A stretch of 63,286 nucleotides of DNA, the filler included, from Octopus bimaculoides (Eukaryota), in the NCBI RefSeq assembly GCF_001194135.2. It is 5 parts of 4 records of this genome, joined end to end, with 100 filler letters (N's around TTAATTAATTAA, not from the genome) between each part and the next. Parts side by side here need not be neighbours in the genome. Positions count along the whole stretch, not along the records: positions 1 to 27,642 come from NC_068982.1; positions 27,743 to 34,679 come from NW_026410900.1; positions 34,780 to 52,751 come from NC_068986.1; 2 more parts are not named here. One strand, 5' to 3'. Under the pieces are notes generated by a model. It was not told the origin of the DNA and did no database searches. It saw only the letters and a program-made list of their open reading frames with translations. Within the stretch, counting starts at the first letter, position 1. The number at the start of each line of letters is the position of its first letter. The position numbers and the translations under genes were made by a program. Shown piece after piece: positions 25,756 to 38,325 of this stretch.

Positions 25756-25788
25756 TGTCATGATTAGCGAAAGGCAAACCGGTTGACA
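25756..25788 (+). ncRNA. Hammerhead relic downstream of the PLE endonuclease (probably inactive)
   Basis: UGUC-augauua-gc gaaa ggc-aaac-CG-GUU-GACA. Stem I and the palindrome AACCGGUU are kept; the core has ~4 changes. Confidence 0.4.
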
Positions 25789-27135
25789 AACGCAATTGGT
25801 ATTTCACTAACAAAATATATTAGAAAATATATTAAAACTATGCAAACTGTGTACATGTTCCTACTTTTATTACATATATATATATATATATATATANNNN
25901 NNNNNNNNNNNNNNNNNNNNNNNNNNNNNNNNNNNNNNNNNNNNNNNNNNNNNNNNNNNNNNNNNNNNNNNNNNNNNNNNNNNNNNNNNNNNNNNNNNNN
26001 NNNNNNNNNNNNNNNNNNNNNNNNNNNNNNNNNNNNNNNNNNNNNNNNNNNNNNNNNNNNNNNNNNNNNNNNNNNNNNNNNNNNNNNNNNNNNNNNNNNN
26101 NNNNNNNNNNNNNNNNNNNNNNNNNNNNNNNNNNNNNNNNNNNNNNNNNNNNNNNNNNNNNNNNNNNNNNNNNNNNNNNNNNNNNNNNNNNNNNNNNNNN
26201 NNNNNNNNNNNNNNNNNNNNNNNNNNNNNNNNNNNNNNNNNNNNNNNNNNNNNNNNNNNNNNNNNNNNNNNNNNNNNNNNNNNNNNNNNNNNNNNNNNNN
26301 NNNNNNNNNNNNNNNNNNNNNNNNNNNNNNNNNNNNNNNNNNNNNNNNNNNNNNNNNNNNNNNNNNNNNNNNNNNNNNNNNNNNNNNNNNNNNNNNNNNN
26401 NNNNNNNNNNNNNNNNNNNNNNNNNNNNNNNNNNATATATATATATACAAGAATAAGGGCAGAGAATCGTCAATTAATAATAGAATTAATAATTAACAAT
26501 TTTGCCAAGTAGTTCAGTATGAAAAAAAACCTTTATCGGTAAAACTATTTATCATTATAAATATACAGGGATTAGCAATTGAGTTGCTTCTCCAACATAC
26601 TGAAAATTTAGAAATAGCAGTCAAAGAACTACTGATTCCAAACTACAAATTTTTCTCTAAAGTGGATGGCGATATTTATGGCACACATAGAACAAAAACC
26701 GGAGGGAAAAGCGTAAACAAACCAAGCCTTTAGTTAATTGGATACGCATATATTTGTATGTATGGAAGAAATATCGTCAGTTGAAAGAAATATTGTCAGG
26801 AAGGAAGACAGTAGCGGCTATATATCTAAAATCTATGATATTAGTGATTGAACACGCAAAAACTAAAATTCCTGACCCAAAGCAATGATCAGCGTAAAGC
26901 TAATCTAAAACACACATGCTCAGGGTGTCGAGAAGTGGAAGCGATCTCGGAATGACTTAGGTGTGAATCGAAAATCTTAATGAAAATATGCCTTCATGAG
27001 TTTGACTTAGAAATACATTTTTGAGAAAGAAGACAAGAATGTTAGCGTTCCCACATAATTGTTTGTGAATATATCTTCCCTTCAAATAATTGTGTGTGTG
27101 TATATATATATTTATATATACACTCACACATTTAC

Positions 27136-27166
<31 letters not shown>

Positions 27167-27184
27167 TGTATGTATGTATGTACG

Positions 27185-27252
<68 letters not shown>

Positions 27253-27642
27253 AGTCTGTATCGTTACACAGTTTTCACACAAGAATATTCTTGAATATAT
27301 CGATATTTTTATTGACATTTATCGCATAGTTAGTTGATCGCCAAAAATTTTATAATATTTAAAAGAAAAAAAAAAAAAATAAAAGCATAAAAAATGAAAA
27401 AAATTATGAAAAAATGAAATGAATGAAATAAACAAATAAAAAAATATTGCTTATTTAAAAAAAAAAGATGAAAAACCTCAGACATTTTCAACCATTTTTG
27501 TCAGAAAAAAACCAAAAATGAAAATATAATAAATATTAAAATATAAATAATTGAACAATTTTTCCAAAATAAAACATAAATAAAAGTAAAAAATGAAAAA
27601 TGTAATATTTTTTTTGAATATGTAATTTCTCCTAAAATTGGT

Positions 27643-27742
27643 NNNNNNNNNNNNNNNNNNNNNNNNNNNNNNNNNNNNNNNNNNNNTTAATTAATTAANN
27701 NNNNNNNNNNNNNNNNNNNNNNNNNNNNNNNNNNNNNNNNNN
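27643..27742. other. Assembly spacer N44-TTAATTAATTAA-N44 (unsized join)
   Basis: The same 100-bp construct occurs four times. Confidence 0.95.
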
Positions 27743-27783
<41 letters not shown>

Positions 27784-27809
27784 TGTGTGTGTGTGTATAG
27801 AGAGGGAGA

Positions 27810-27851
<42 letters not shown>

Positions 27852-28395
27852 GAGAATGACAGGAAGAGAGTATAAGACAGATATACTTACTTATAAGAGG
27901 AGAAAATAAGTACCAGTCAATCTATATTATTTTGCTCTGTCTCCCTCTCAATGTGTGTGTGTGTGTGTGTAATCAGAGGCGACTTCTGATCTTCAGCGTC
28001 ACTTGGGCTCATCATAATTTTCAGATAAGACACATGTCTGCTCTAAGAATTTTGCGTTTTACCGCTTTATTTCTAACTCCAAATGGCTTATTTTTTATGT
28101 CGAGCACTTATGATAAGGGTAAAAATAAACCAACCCTGAAAAACACAATTGATCTTTTACACACAGACTCACAGAATAACAGACAATCTTTGCACATAGA
28201 TGCAATGAAATAACAACGACAGCGGAGTGCACAACAAACATCAACGATCTGATTGTCGCCTGCATTCTTGACAAGAGATGCTAGTCTTTTACACCTATGG
28301 GGCTCGTTCGTATTAGCCCGAGTTGCTGGATAATTTTTCTTTCCTTTAAGAATATTGTAGAACGGAAACTTTTCATAGACTGCAATTTAAATCCT

Positions 28396-28502
28396 AATCT
28401 CCATGGAAGACCAATCTCCATGGAAGATCAATCTCCATGGAAGACCAGCAGTTGCCTAATCTCTATGGAAGACCAATCTCTATGGAAGACCAGCAGTCGC
28501 CC
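28396..28502 (+). repeat. 17-bp minisatellite with higher-order structure
   Basis: (aatctccatggaagacc)x3 + agcagttgcct + (aatctctatggaagacc)x2 + agcagtcgccc. Confidence 0.9.
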
Positions 28503-29089
28503 ATGCATTCTTTTTACTTTACATAAAATATTCTTTACATTCTACAGTTGTTTTATTGCCATCTTTTACGAGTATTATAAATTTTATTGGTAAAATATTT
28601 TTCTGGGAACGAATTACGATTTATAACATTGCTACTATGGGAAATTATTGCTCTGCTTTACGAGTTCTCGCTTTACGAGCGGTCTCCGTATATCGAAGCA
28701 TTACTGTATTCATACGGATTACCCTCAAATCCCTCCACACTGACACAAAGCTATGTACACACAAATACACAGACACACACATATAGATCCACACACACAC
28801 ACACACACACATATACACATGTACATGCATAACCACACACACACACACACACACACAGAGAAAGGTTGCTACTCCGCCTCCATTCTCGACTTTTGTTGTT
28901 CTTTTGTCGGCGTTGGGTTAAAGTTGAAAGTAAAGAGGCCCCTTAAGGCATTTACCGCTCCCTACTGAAATTGACCCCGCTTGTTGACCGCTTGATATGC
29001 GAATATGCTCATTCGTTTGTCCAATCGTTTGGGGTTTCATTCATATATTTTTTTTTATATGCATCATACAGCAGCCGATTCAGAACTAT

Positions 29090-29510
29090 GTATATGTGTG
29101 TGTACGTGTGCGTGCGTGTGCGCGTGTGTGTGTATACGTATGTATGTATGTATGTACATATCTTTGTATGTATGTATGTATGTATGTATGTATGTATGTA
29201 TGCATGTTTGTATGTACGTATGTGTGGATGAATGTATGTGTGGATGCATGCATGTATGTATGTATGTATGTATGCGTGCGTGTGTGTATGCAAGTGTGTA
29301 TGTGTATGTATGTGAGAGTATGTGCGTGTGTATGTGTGCTTGTATGTAGGTACGTATGTATATATGTATTTGTGCGTGTGTATGTATGTGTGTTTGTATG
29401 CATGTATATATGTATGTATGTATGTATGTATGGATGGATGGATGGATGGATGGATGCGTGTATATGTATGTATGTATGTATGAATGTATGTGTGTATGTA
29501 TGTATGTAAG
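29090..29510 (+). repeat. Degenerate (TATG)n/(TG)n/(TGGA)n block
   Basis: Direct reading. Confidence 0.9.
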
Positions 29511-30035
29511 GAAAGGGATGGCAAAGGGATAAATGGTTATCTTATGAACTTCATCAGCTTACAGCTGTTTCCACTACATTATATTTATATGCATATATAC
29601 GTATATATACACACATACGTATATATGCGTGTAACATCTATATACAATTACATAAGCACACATGTATTTGTATTTCTGCTTCTACAAACACACACACACA
29701 CACACACACACATACATAGATATATAACTTATATACACTAGCTTATGTTATTTTTATATATCTTTGAATGCGCGTGGGGTGTGTGGGTGTGTCTATGTGT
29801 GTATGTTGAAGTATGTATATATAAAAAACAGACCATCTTATAAGCAGGCTAATGTTATTTTAATATATTTATAGATATAAAAAAAAATTCATACACACGC
29901 GTATGTTATATTTGTATATACAGATGTACCCCAGCTCGTGTACACGCGCACAAACACTGATATACACGCTTCTGTTGTTTTATACGTATGACTATACACA
30001 CACACACATATGTGTGTTTATACGCACATACATAT

Positions 30036-30078
<43 letters not shown>

Positions 30079-30334
30079 NNNNNNNNNNNNNNNNNNNNNN
30101 NNNNNNNNNNNNNNNNNNNNNNNNNNNNNNNNNNNNNNNNNNNNNNNNNNNNNNNNNNNNNNNNNNNNNNNNNNNNNNNNNNNNNNNNNNNNNNNNNNNN
30201 NNNNNNNNNNNNNNNNNNNNNNNNNNNNNNNNNNNNNNNNNNNNNNNNNNNNNNNNNNNNNNNNNNNNNNNNNNNNNNNNNNNNNNNNNNNNNNNNNNNN
30301 NNNNNNNNNNNNNNNNNNNNNNNNNNNCTATACC

Positions 30335-30485
30335 ATCGATCCAGTACATGACTGGTATTTCAATTTTTCGACAAAAAAAGCATAAAATGGAAATTTGACA
30401 ACACAGGATTTGAACTTTCACCGTAAAGCTTCGGAAGTAAAATCGCACAGATTTTTCGCCGATGTTTTAACGATTCCGCCAGCTG
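30335..30485 (-). mobile_element. SINE family B, old copy
   Basis: atcgatccagtac...actggta...ggatttgaact...aacgattccgccagct. Confidence 0.5.
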
Positions 30486-30688
30486 GGTGCTTTCAGAATA
30501 TTTACTCTAATGAGGTTCACAAGCTTATATGTGGAGAGGGGGGTACACAAATACATACATGTATACATACATACATACATACATACATACATACATACAT
30601 AGAGCTCATAATGTTGGACCGTTGAACTCTCTACATTTTTCCGCTCTCCGTTTTGTTTTGTTTTTTTCTCTTAATACTTTCTGACGAA

Positions 30689-30970
30689 CATAGTGACAAA
30701 CGTAAAGCTACTAAGTTGGCTAACTACGTATGGATTTTGAAAGATAACGAAACAGCGCATGTGATTAAATGGAAAGTAATTGAGAAATCGATACTTTGTG
30801 TGAATGGATCGAACAAATGTAGACTTTGATTGGCTGAAAGAGCGCTGATGCTGTTCAAATTTAAGATCCCCAACTCTCTATTGAACTCCAGGTCAGAAAT
30901 TTTCACTGATTGCATCCATATGTATAAATATATTTTGAAGAATTGGAAAATTCCGTCTATTCCTGATTGA
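30689..30970 (+). mobile_element. Penelope-like retroelement endonuclease C-terminus (second, distinct type), one in-frame TGA
   Basis: Reads HSDKRKATKLANYVWILKDNETAHVIKWKVIEKS...KCRL*LAER...LLNSRSEIFTDCIH...*. This fits the PLE EN C-terminal pattern I recall (LSKYIW.LK....I.W.I....C.LCL.EK....LN.R.E....CRH). Not in the ORF track. Confidence 0.75.
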
Positions 30971-31177
30971 CTTGATATCTTTCCAGCCTTATCATTTAAG
31001 GTCTAAGGAGGATAGCACTTTTATCTTTTTATTTTTTAATTTTACATTTTAGTTTCTGATTTTCGTTTTCCGATTTTCGTTTCCCGTTGTTCATTGTCTG
31101 CGTTTTCTATATGCTGTCTTTTTAATTTTTTCGCATTTCTATTATTCAATTTCTTTAGTTCGTTATGATATGTGTTT

Positions 31178-31230
31178 GCGCCTGAAGAATATGTTTGAGT
31201 TTTCTCAACATATGAAACTATTAGTAGCGC
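31178..31230 (+). ncRNA. Minimal type-I hammerhead ribozyme, intact core
   Basis: GCGC-CUGAAGA-stem II (AUAUGUU/AACAUAU, 7 bp, plus GAG/CUC with UUUU loop)-GAAAC-UAUUA-GUA-GCGC. Stem I is 4 G-C pairs; cleavage triplet GUA; ~210 nt after the PLE EN stop. Confidence 0.82.
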
Positions 31231-31245
31231 TTTAATACATGTATT

Positions 31246-31392
31246 GTGACCTTAGCGGTTCGGCAAAACAGACCGATAGAATAAGTACCAGACTTACAAT
31301 GAATAAGTCCCGGGGTCGATTTGCTCGACTAAAGGCGGTGCTCCAGCATGGCCGTGGTCAAATGACTGAAACAAGTAAAAGATTAAAAGAGA
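31246..31392 (+). mobile_element. SINE family C 3' half
   Basis: cttagcggttcggcaaaa.agaccgatagaataagtac...aaatgactgaaacaagtaaaag. Confidence 0.8.
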
Positions 31393-32374
31393 ATATAACA
31401 TGTATGCATTTATATGTACACACATACAGACACTTATATACTCGCCCATTGAATTGAAATCAAATGCTTGATTGAAGAAAACTATAATTTGTTCCTCTTC
31501 CTTTATTTCAGGAACGTTTTGCCAAGAAAGAATGGACGTCTAAATTATCCACTCTGTAAAGATGTATATTAACATCAAACAGGTAGGTTAAATCTATTCA
31601 CTGTTGCTCTCTCTTGTTTCACAATGGATCTAGATTGGAAGGCTGAAGAGCTGTCATGTGTGGAAACACAAACATGATTGTGTAAAGACATATGGGTTTT
31701 CATATTAGCGCCGTCTTAAGGCATGGGTACACCGGGCAGTTATTCAGGGACCACAACTCTAATATATATATATATATGCTCTGGCGTTCTTTTAATAAAA
31801 AAAAAAAAACATTATGGGGCCTTGTGCACTGATTTTCCCGGCGGCCTATAATGCCGCAAAAAAAAGGCTCTGATTCATATATACAAATATACACAGACTC
31901 TTTTTTCCTCTCGCATCTTCCCTTCTGTCTGTCTGTCTGTCTCTCTCAACACACACTCACACACCTGTATATATATNNNNNNNNNNNNNNNNNNNNNNNN
32001 NNNNNNNNNNNNNNNNNNNNNNNNNNNNNNNNNNNNNNNNNNNNNNNNNNNNNNNNNNNNNNNNNNNNNNNNNNNNNNNNNNNNNNNNNNNNNNNNNNNN
32101 NNNNNNNNNNNNNNNNNNNNNNNNNNNNNNNNNNNNNNNNNNNNNNNNNNNNNNNNNNNNNNNNNNNNNNNNNNNNNNNNNNNNNNNNNNNNNNNNNNNN
32201 NNNNNNNNNNNNNNNNNNNNNNNNNNNNNNNNNNNNNNNNNNNNNNNNNNNNNNNNNNNNNNNNNNNNNNNNNNNNNNNNNNNNNNNNNNNNNNNNNNNN
32301 NNNNNNNNNNNNNNNNNNNNNNNNNNNNNNNNNNNNNNNNNNNNNNNNNNNNNNNNNNNNNNNNNNNNNNNNAG

Positions 32375-32414
32375 ACTGCTACTCGGAGTTTCACGTTCCC
32401 GTTCATCGGACAGT
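32375..32414 (-). ncRNA. Hammerhead-like motif, fourth family, U4>C core variant
   Basis: ACUGU-CCGAUGA-ACG(GGAA)CGU-GAAAC-UCCGA-GUA-GCAGU. Stem I is 5 bp; stem III layout matches 31178-31230. Confidence 0.6.
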
Positions 32415-32462
32415 TTTGTTAGAAAACAGTTTTTTGCTATATTTCTGCTGCTTTTAAATAAA

Positions 32463-32506
<44 letters not shown>

Positions 32507-34189
32507 CTGCCTTAAGTGTTTTTTGGAGTAATATTTATCTATATATCATTCTACCTATCTACCTATCAATCTCTACCCATATCCAATTACCGTTTTTCCT
32601 TTCTATCTACCTAACTAACTCTCTTTCTATCTCTTCCCCTACATACATACATACATACATACATACATACATACATACATACATACATACGTACATACCT
32701 ATACGGATAGTAACTAGACCAGTTCTGTTTGGTGATAAGAATGTATGTATTAGCTAGAATCGTATTGGTTACATTCCCCTCCACCTGATTGTTCGCCGTA
32801 ACATCCCTTGTTTCACACATTCCATTATGTTTNNNNNNNNNNNNNNNNNNNNNNNNNNNNNNNNNNNNNNNNNNNNNNNNNNNNNNNNNNNNNNNNNNNN
32901 NNNNNNNNNNNNNNNNNNNNNNNNNNNNNNNNNNNNNNNNNNNNNNNNNNNNNNNNNNNNNNNNNNNNNNNNNNNNNNNNNNNNNNNNNNNNNNNNNNNN
33001 NNNNNNNNNNNNNNNNNNNNNNNNNNNNNNNNNNNNNNNNNNNNNNNNNNNNNNNNNNNNNNNNNNNNNNNNNNNNNNNNNNNNNNNNNNNNNNNNNNNN
33101 NNNNNNNNNNNNNNNNNNNNNNNNNNNNNNNNNNNNNNNNNNNNNNNNNNNNNNNNNNNNNNNNNNNNNNNNNNNNNNNNNNNNNNNNNNNNNNNNNNNN
33201 NNNNNNNNNNNNNNNNNNNNNNNNNNNNNNNNNNNNNNNNNNNNNNNNNNNNNNNNNNNNNNNNNNNNNNNNNNNNNNNNNNNNNNNNNNNNNNNNNNNN
33301 NNNNNNNNNNNNNNNNNNNNNNNNNNNNNNNNNNNNNNNNNNNNNNNNNNNNNNNNNNNNNNNNNNNNNNNNNNNNNNNNNNNNNNNNNNNNNNNNNNNN
33401 NNNNNNNNNNNNNNNNNNNNNNNNNNNNNNNNNNNNNNNNNNNNNNNNNNNNNNNNNNNNNNNNNNNNNNNNNNNNNNNNNNNNNNNNNNNNNNNNNNNN
33501 NNNNNNNNNNNNNNNNNNNNNNNNNNNNNNNNNNNNNNNNNNNNNNNNNNNNNNNNNNNNNNNNNNNNNNNNNNNNNNNNNNNNNNNNNNNNNNNNNNNN
33601 NNNNNNNNNNNNNNNNNNNNNNNNNNNNNNNNNNNNNNNNNNNNNNNNNNNNNNNNNNNNNNNNNNNNNNNNNNNNNNNNNNNNNNNNNNNNNNNNNNNN
33701 NNNNNNNNNNNNNNATATATATATATAAGATATATATATATTATATATATTATATATTATATATTATATATATATTATATATATTATATATATATACTAT
33801 ATATAGAATATATACATATATTATATGCATATATAATAGAATATATATATACATATATTATATGCATATATAATAGAATATATATATACATATATTGCGT
33901 CTTTAATTTTTCTTCTCTTACTGGATCCAGTAATTGAATTGCTGCTATGCCGGGAAATTGATTCTTTTGGAGGCAGTTATTTGGAAGGCCGTGCTACGTT
34001 TGGTATATATCTCTTTGCTGTCGTGAGTTACAAAATGTTTACATGAACATTAATACGAGAAGATATAGCTAATTTGTTTGTGTATGCCGAACGCTACTCC
34101 ATGTTCATATGAGTATCCATATGTATGCATACACACACGCATACACATGCACAAGCACAAGCACACAAACACACATACGCAGATTTGTA

Positions 34190-34248
34190 GATAGATAGAT
34201 AGACAAACAGACATACAGACAGACAGACAGATAGATAGATAGACAGAC

Positions 34249-34308
<60 letters not shown>

Positions 34309-34350
34309 TGATTGATAGAAAAACAGACGACAGACAGAAAGGCAGACGAC

Positions 34351-34400
<50 letters not shown>
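34190..34400 (+). repeat. (GATA)n/(GACA)n microsatellite
   Basis: Direct reading. Confidence 0.92.
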
Positions 34401-34404
<4 letters not shown>

Positions 34405-34540
34405 ATATTTTATTCTTCCCGACATTCAAATCTAAACGATGTGTGTGTGTATGTGTGTATATGTGTGTGTGCATGTATACGAACTTGTTTATGTTTGCAT
34501 GTATGTGTGTGTCTGTGTCTGTATATATATCTTCAGATAG

Positions 34541-34605
<65 letters not shown>

Positions 34606-34679
34606 GGCAGATAGACAGGTACACAGTTAAGACAGACAGGCAGACAGGCAGACAGACAGACAGACAGGCAGGCAGACAG

Positions 34680-34779
34680 NNNNNNNNNNNNNNNNNNNNN
34701 NNNNNNNNNNNNNNNNNNNNNNNTTAATTAATTAANNNNNNNNNNNNNNNNNNNNNNNNNNNNNNNNNNNNNNNNNNNN
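34680..34779. other. Assembly spacer N44-TTAATTAATTAA-N44
   Basis: Same construct. Confidence 0.95.
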
Positions 34780-34819
<40 letters not shown>

Positions 34820-34827
34820 ACACAAAT

Positions 34828-34993
34828 ACACGATGGGCTTCTTTCAGTTTCCGTCAAACCAAATCCACTCACAAGGCTTTGGTTGACTTGAGGCTATAGT
34901 AAACGACACTTGCCCAAGGTGTCACGCTGTGGGACTGAACCCGGAACCATGTGGTTGGTAAGCAAGCTACTTACCACACAACCACACCTTCTC

Positions 34994-34997
<4 letters not shown>
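34828..34997 (-). mobile_element. SINE family C 5' half
   Basis: gggcttctttcagtttccgtc...gggactgaacccggaaccatgtgg. Confidence 0.8.
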
Positions 34998-35030
<33 letters not shown>

Positions 35031-36564
35031 TGTGTGTATGTATGTATGTGTGTATGTATAGAGACAATAAAAAAATCCAAGAATTATGAGGTATTACCTT
35101 AACGCTTTAATGAAAATTGGAAATAGATAGACCCATGGTATTGAACCAGCGTTAAAATACAGCGGTCCAGGGACATGTTCATTTAAAAGAAAAAAAAGGG
35201 GAGCCAAAAGGTTTTTTTATTTTTTTTTTTTAGATAATGGTATAGACAAGACAAGTTCTGTTCCATTGCAATTTGAAATTGAATAGTTCCATCGATGAAT
35301 TCGAAATCGAAAGAATTAGACTTGTAAATGCCATTCTCCATATAATACACATACATACACATACGCACACTCACACACACTCACACACACACACACACAC
35401 ACACCACCCACATGCACACAGAAACATGCACACACATATATACAAACGCTTACATGTAATATCTGTTAGTGTCCTATAGATACGTTTATTATTTCACAAA
35501 CTAGCGCATAAACACAGCACGACTCTACAAACGGACCCATAGCTATTGTATTATATCACGCCGGTATGGCATAACTAATGCTTAATAAGACGAAGTATNN
35601 NNNNNNNNNNNNNNNNNNNNNNNNNNNNNNNNNNNNNNNNNNNNNNNNNNNNNNNNNNNNNNNNNNNNNNNNNNNNNNNNNNNNNNNNNNNNNNNNNNNN
35701 NNNNNNNNNNNNNNNNNNNNNNNNNNNNNNNNNNNNNNNNNNNNNNNNNNNNNNNNNNNNNNNNNNNNNNNNNNNNNNNNNNNNNNNNNNNNNNNNNNNN
35801 NNNNNNNNNNNNNNNNNNNNNNNNNNNNNNNNNNNNNNNNNNNNNNNNNNNNNNNNNNNNNNNNNNNNNNNNNNNNNNNNNNNNNNNNNNNNNNNNNNNN
35901 NNNNNNNNNNNNNNNNNNNNNNNNNNNNNNNNNNNNNNNNNNNNNNNNNNNNNNNNNNNNNNNNNNNNNNNNNNNNNNNNNNNNNNNNNNNNNNNNNNNN
36001 NNNNNNNNNNNNNNNNNNNNNNNNNNNNNNNNNNNNNNNNNNNNNNNNNNNNNNNNNNNNNNNNNNNNNNNNNNNNNNNNNNNNNNNNNNNNNNNNNNNN
36101 NNNNNNNNNNNNNNNNNNNNNNNNNNNNNNNNNNNNNNNNNNNNNNNNNNNNNNNNNNNNNNNNNNNNNNNNNNNNNNNNNNNNNNNNNNNNNNNNNNNN
36201 NNNNNNNNNNNNNNNNNNNNNNNNNNNNNNNNNNNNNNNNNNNNNNNNNNNNNNNNNNNNNNNNNNNNNNNNNNNNNNNNNNNNNNNNNNNNNNNTGTGT
36301 GTGTAAATACACACGCACACACATATATGTGTGTGTGTGTATGTATATACGTGTGTGTGAATGTTATGTTTATATGTGTAAATATTTCTGCATATAAATA
36401 TATATGCACACATTCACACACACACGTGCATTCATACAGGCATTCATACATACGCTGTGTGAAGTGTAGCGGGGAGTATAATGATGCAGCCGTTTACTTG
36501 CAGTCATTTCATGCCTGCCTCGCTTTATACAAATCACATGGTTTTAACAACTTCTCTCTCCTCG

Positions 36565-36601
<37 letters not shown>

Positions 36602-37297
36602 CTCTCCCACACATTCTAGCTCTCTTTTCTATTATCTGACCCTTTTCCTACTCTCTGTGTCGTTATGTCTATATCTTAAACACAAACCCATTCACTTCAT
36701 TTCACCCCCCCTCTCTCATTTTGTTGTTGTTGTTGTTGTTGTTCTTCTTCTTCTTCTCTCTCTCTCTCTTTCTTTCCCTTTTGTGTCCAGCATCTCTCCC
36801 TATTTCTCTCTCACTTAGTGCGAAAGGATGTCCTAAATTTGGATGATTGGAATTAGCCTTCTACGCCTTCTAAGAACGCCTAAAAACGCCCATTCCATTT
36901 ACACAGAAAATGCAATATATAAAAAGACATATATATATATATATANNNNNNNNNNNNNNNNNNNNNNNNNNNNNNNNNNNNNNNNNNNNNNNNNNNNNNN
37001 NNNNNNNNNNNNNNNNNNNNNNNNNNNNNNNNNNNNNNNNNNNNNNNNNNNNNNNNNNNNNNNNNNNNNNNNNNNNNNNNNNNNNNNNNNNNNNNNNNNN
37101 NNNNNNNNNNNNNNNNNNNNNNNNNNNNNNNNNNNNNNNNNNNNNNNNNNNNNNNNNNNNNNNNNNNNNNNNNNNNNNNNNNNNNNNNNNNNNNNNNNNN
37201 NNNNNNNNNNNNNNNNNNNNNNNNNNNNNNNNNNNNNNNNNNNNNNNNNNNNNNNNNNNNNNNNNNNNNNNNNNNNNNNNNNNNNNNNNNNNNNNNN

Positions 37298-37337
<40 letters not shown>

Positions 37338-38288
37338 GCGCGCGGATTTAGTTTCATATGTAATATAGTCGATGTACTTACCTACACATATACATACATA
37401 CATTATACATATATATACACATGTATTTATATATATATATATGCATCATTCATATACATTTATGCATATATATACAGCCACACACACACATGCATACACA
37501 ACATCCACACACACGTGCCCACATACACTTAGACGTAGCCACATACATACATGCATACATATATACATGCATACATACGGTTAAATCTGACCAAATACGC
37601 CAGACTGTAGCAAGGAACATTTGAGCTGCATGAAAGAGGGGACAACTAGATCACTTTCGCAACGATAGGATTGCTATAAGCAATTATTATAGTTGAAAAC
37701 TTATAACCGAGTCATTCGCAGCGATACGTTCCGTAGCAATACTATTATATTGATCTGTAATTAACGGCCTGTCCACCCGAAATATTTTATTTTCATTCTC
37801 CCGATTTGGTCCAAGCCAGATCGATATGTCTTTTTAGTGAACACATAGATTGTGAGAATATATATGTGTGTAAGGTGTGTGTGTTTGTGCGTGCGTGCGT
37901 GTATGTGTATATGTGTGTGTGTGTGTGTACGTAGGTGTGCGTGGTGGCGGATATATGTGAAGGAATAAAATAAATAGAGGTATAAAGAGATAGAGAGACA
38001 GAGAGGCGGGAGGGAGAGATTCTGTGTGACGGCCAGTAAATGTGAGTGGGGAGGGAGGGAGAAGGAATGAGGGTTGAAGGGGGAGTAGAAGAGAATGTAA
38101 GAAATAATCTAGAGGGCAGGAATATAGAGATGGAAACAGGGGTAAAGATTGGTGAAGGGAGGGAGTGTAAGTGATGGGAGACAGGGGGAGAGGGGTGAGG
38201 CAGGGAGATAAGATGGTGGACAGAGAAGCCTCTCAGGTTGGTTTTGCTGAGGCAACGGACATATATTTACACACGCACAAACACTCTG

Positions 38289-38325
<37 letters not shown>

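Noticed and set aside
27687-27698. Perfect palindrome TTAATTAATTAA recurring at 27687, 34724, 52796 and 61978
   Set aside because: Always centred in exactly 44+44 Ns, so it is an artificial scaffold spacer with stops in all frames.
28396-28502. CRISPR-like repeat-spacer appearance
   Set aside because: Most units are adjacent, the two linkers are near-identical, there are no cas genes, and the context is eukaryotic.
28997-29524. CV/YI/HT/LSIY-repeat ORFs here and throughout
   Set aside because: Translations of di- and tetranucleotide microsatellites.
29551-29572. ttcatcag + cttacagctgtttcc, both HHR half-motifs adjacent in permuted order
   Set aside because: No stems I or II; possibly a deletion remnant of the family at 236-282, not a ribozyme.
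33918-33933. Perfect 16-bp palindrome ttactggatccagtaa
   Set aside because: About one such palindrome is expected by chance in this much sequence.
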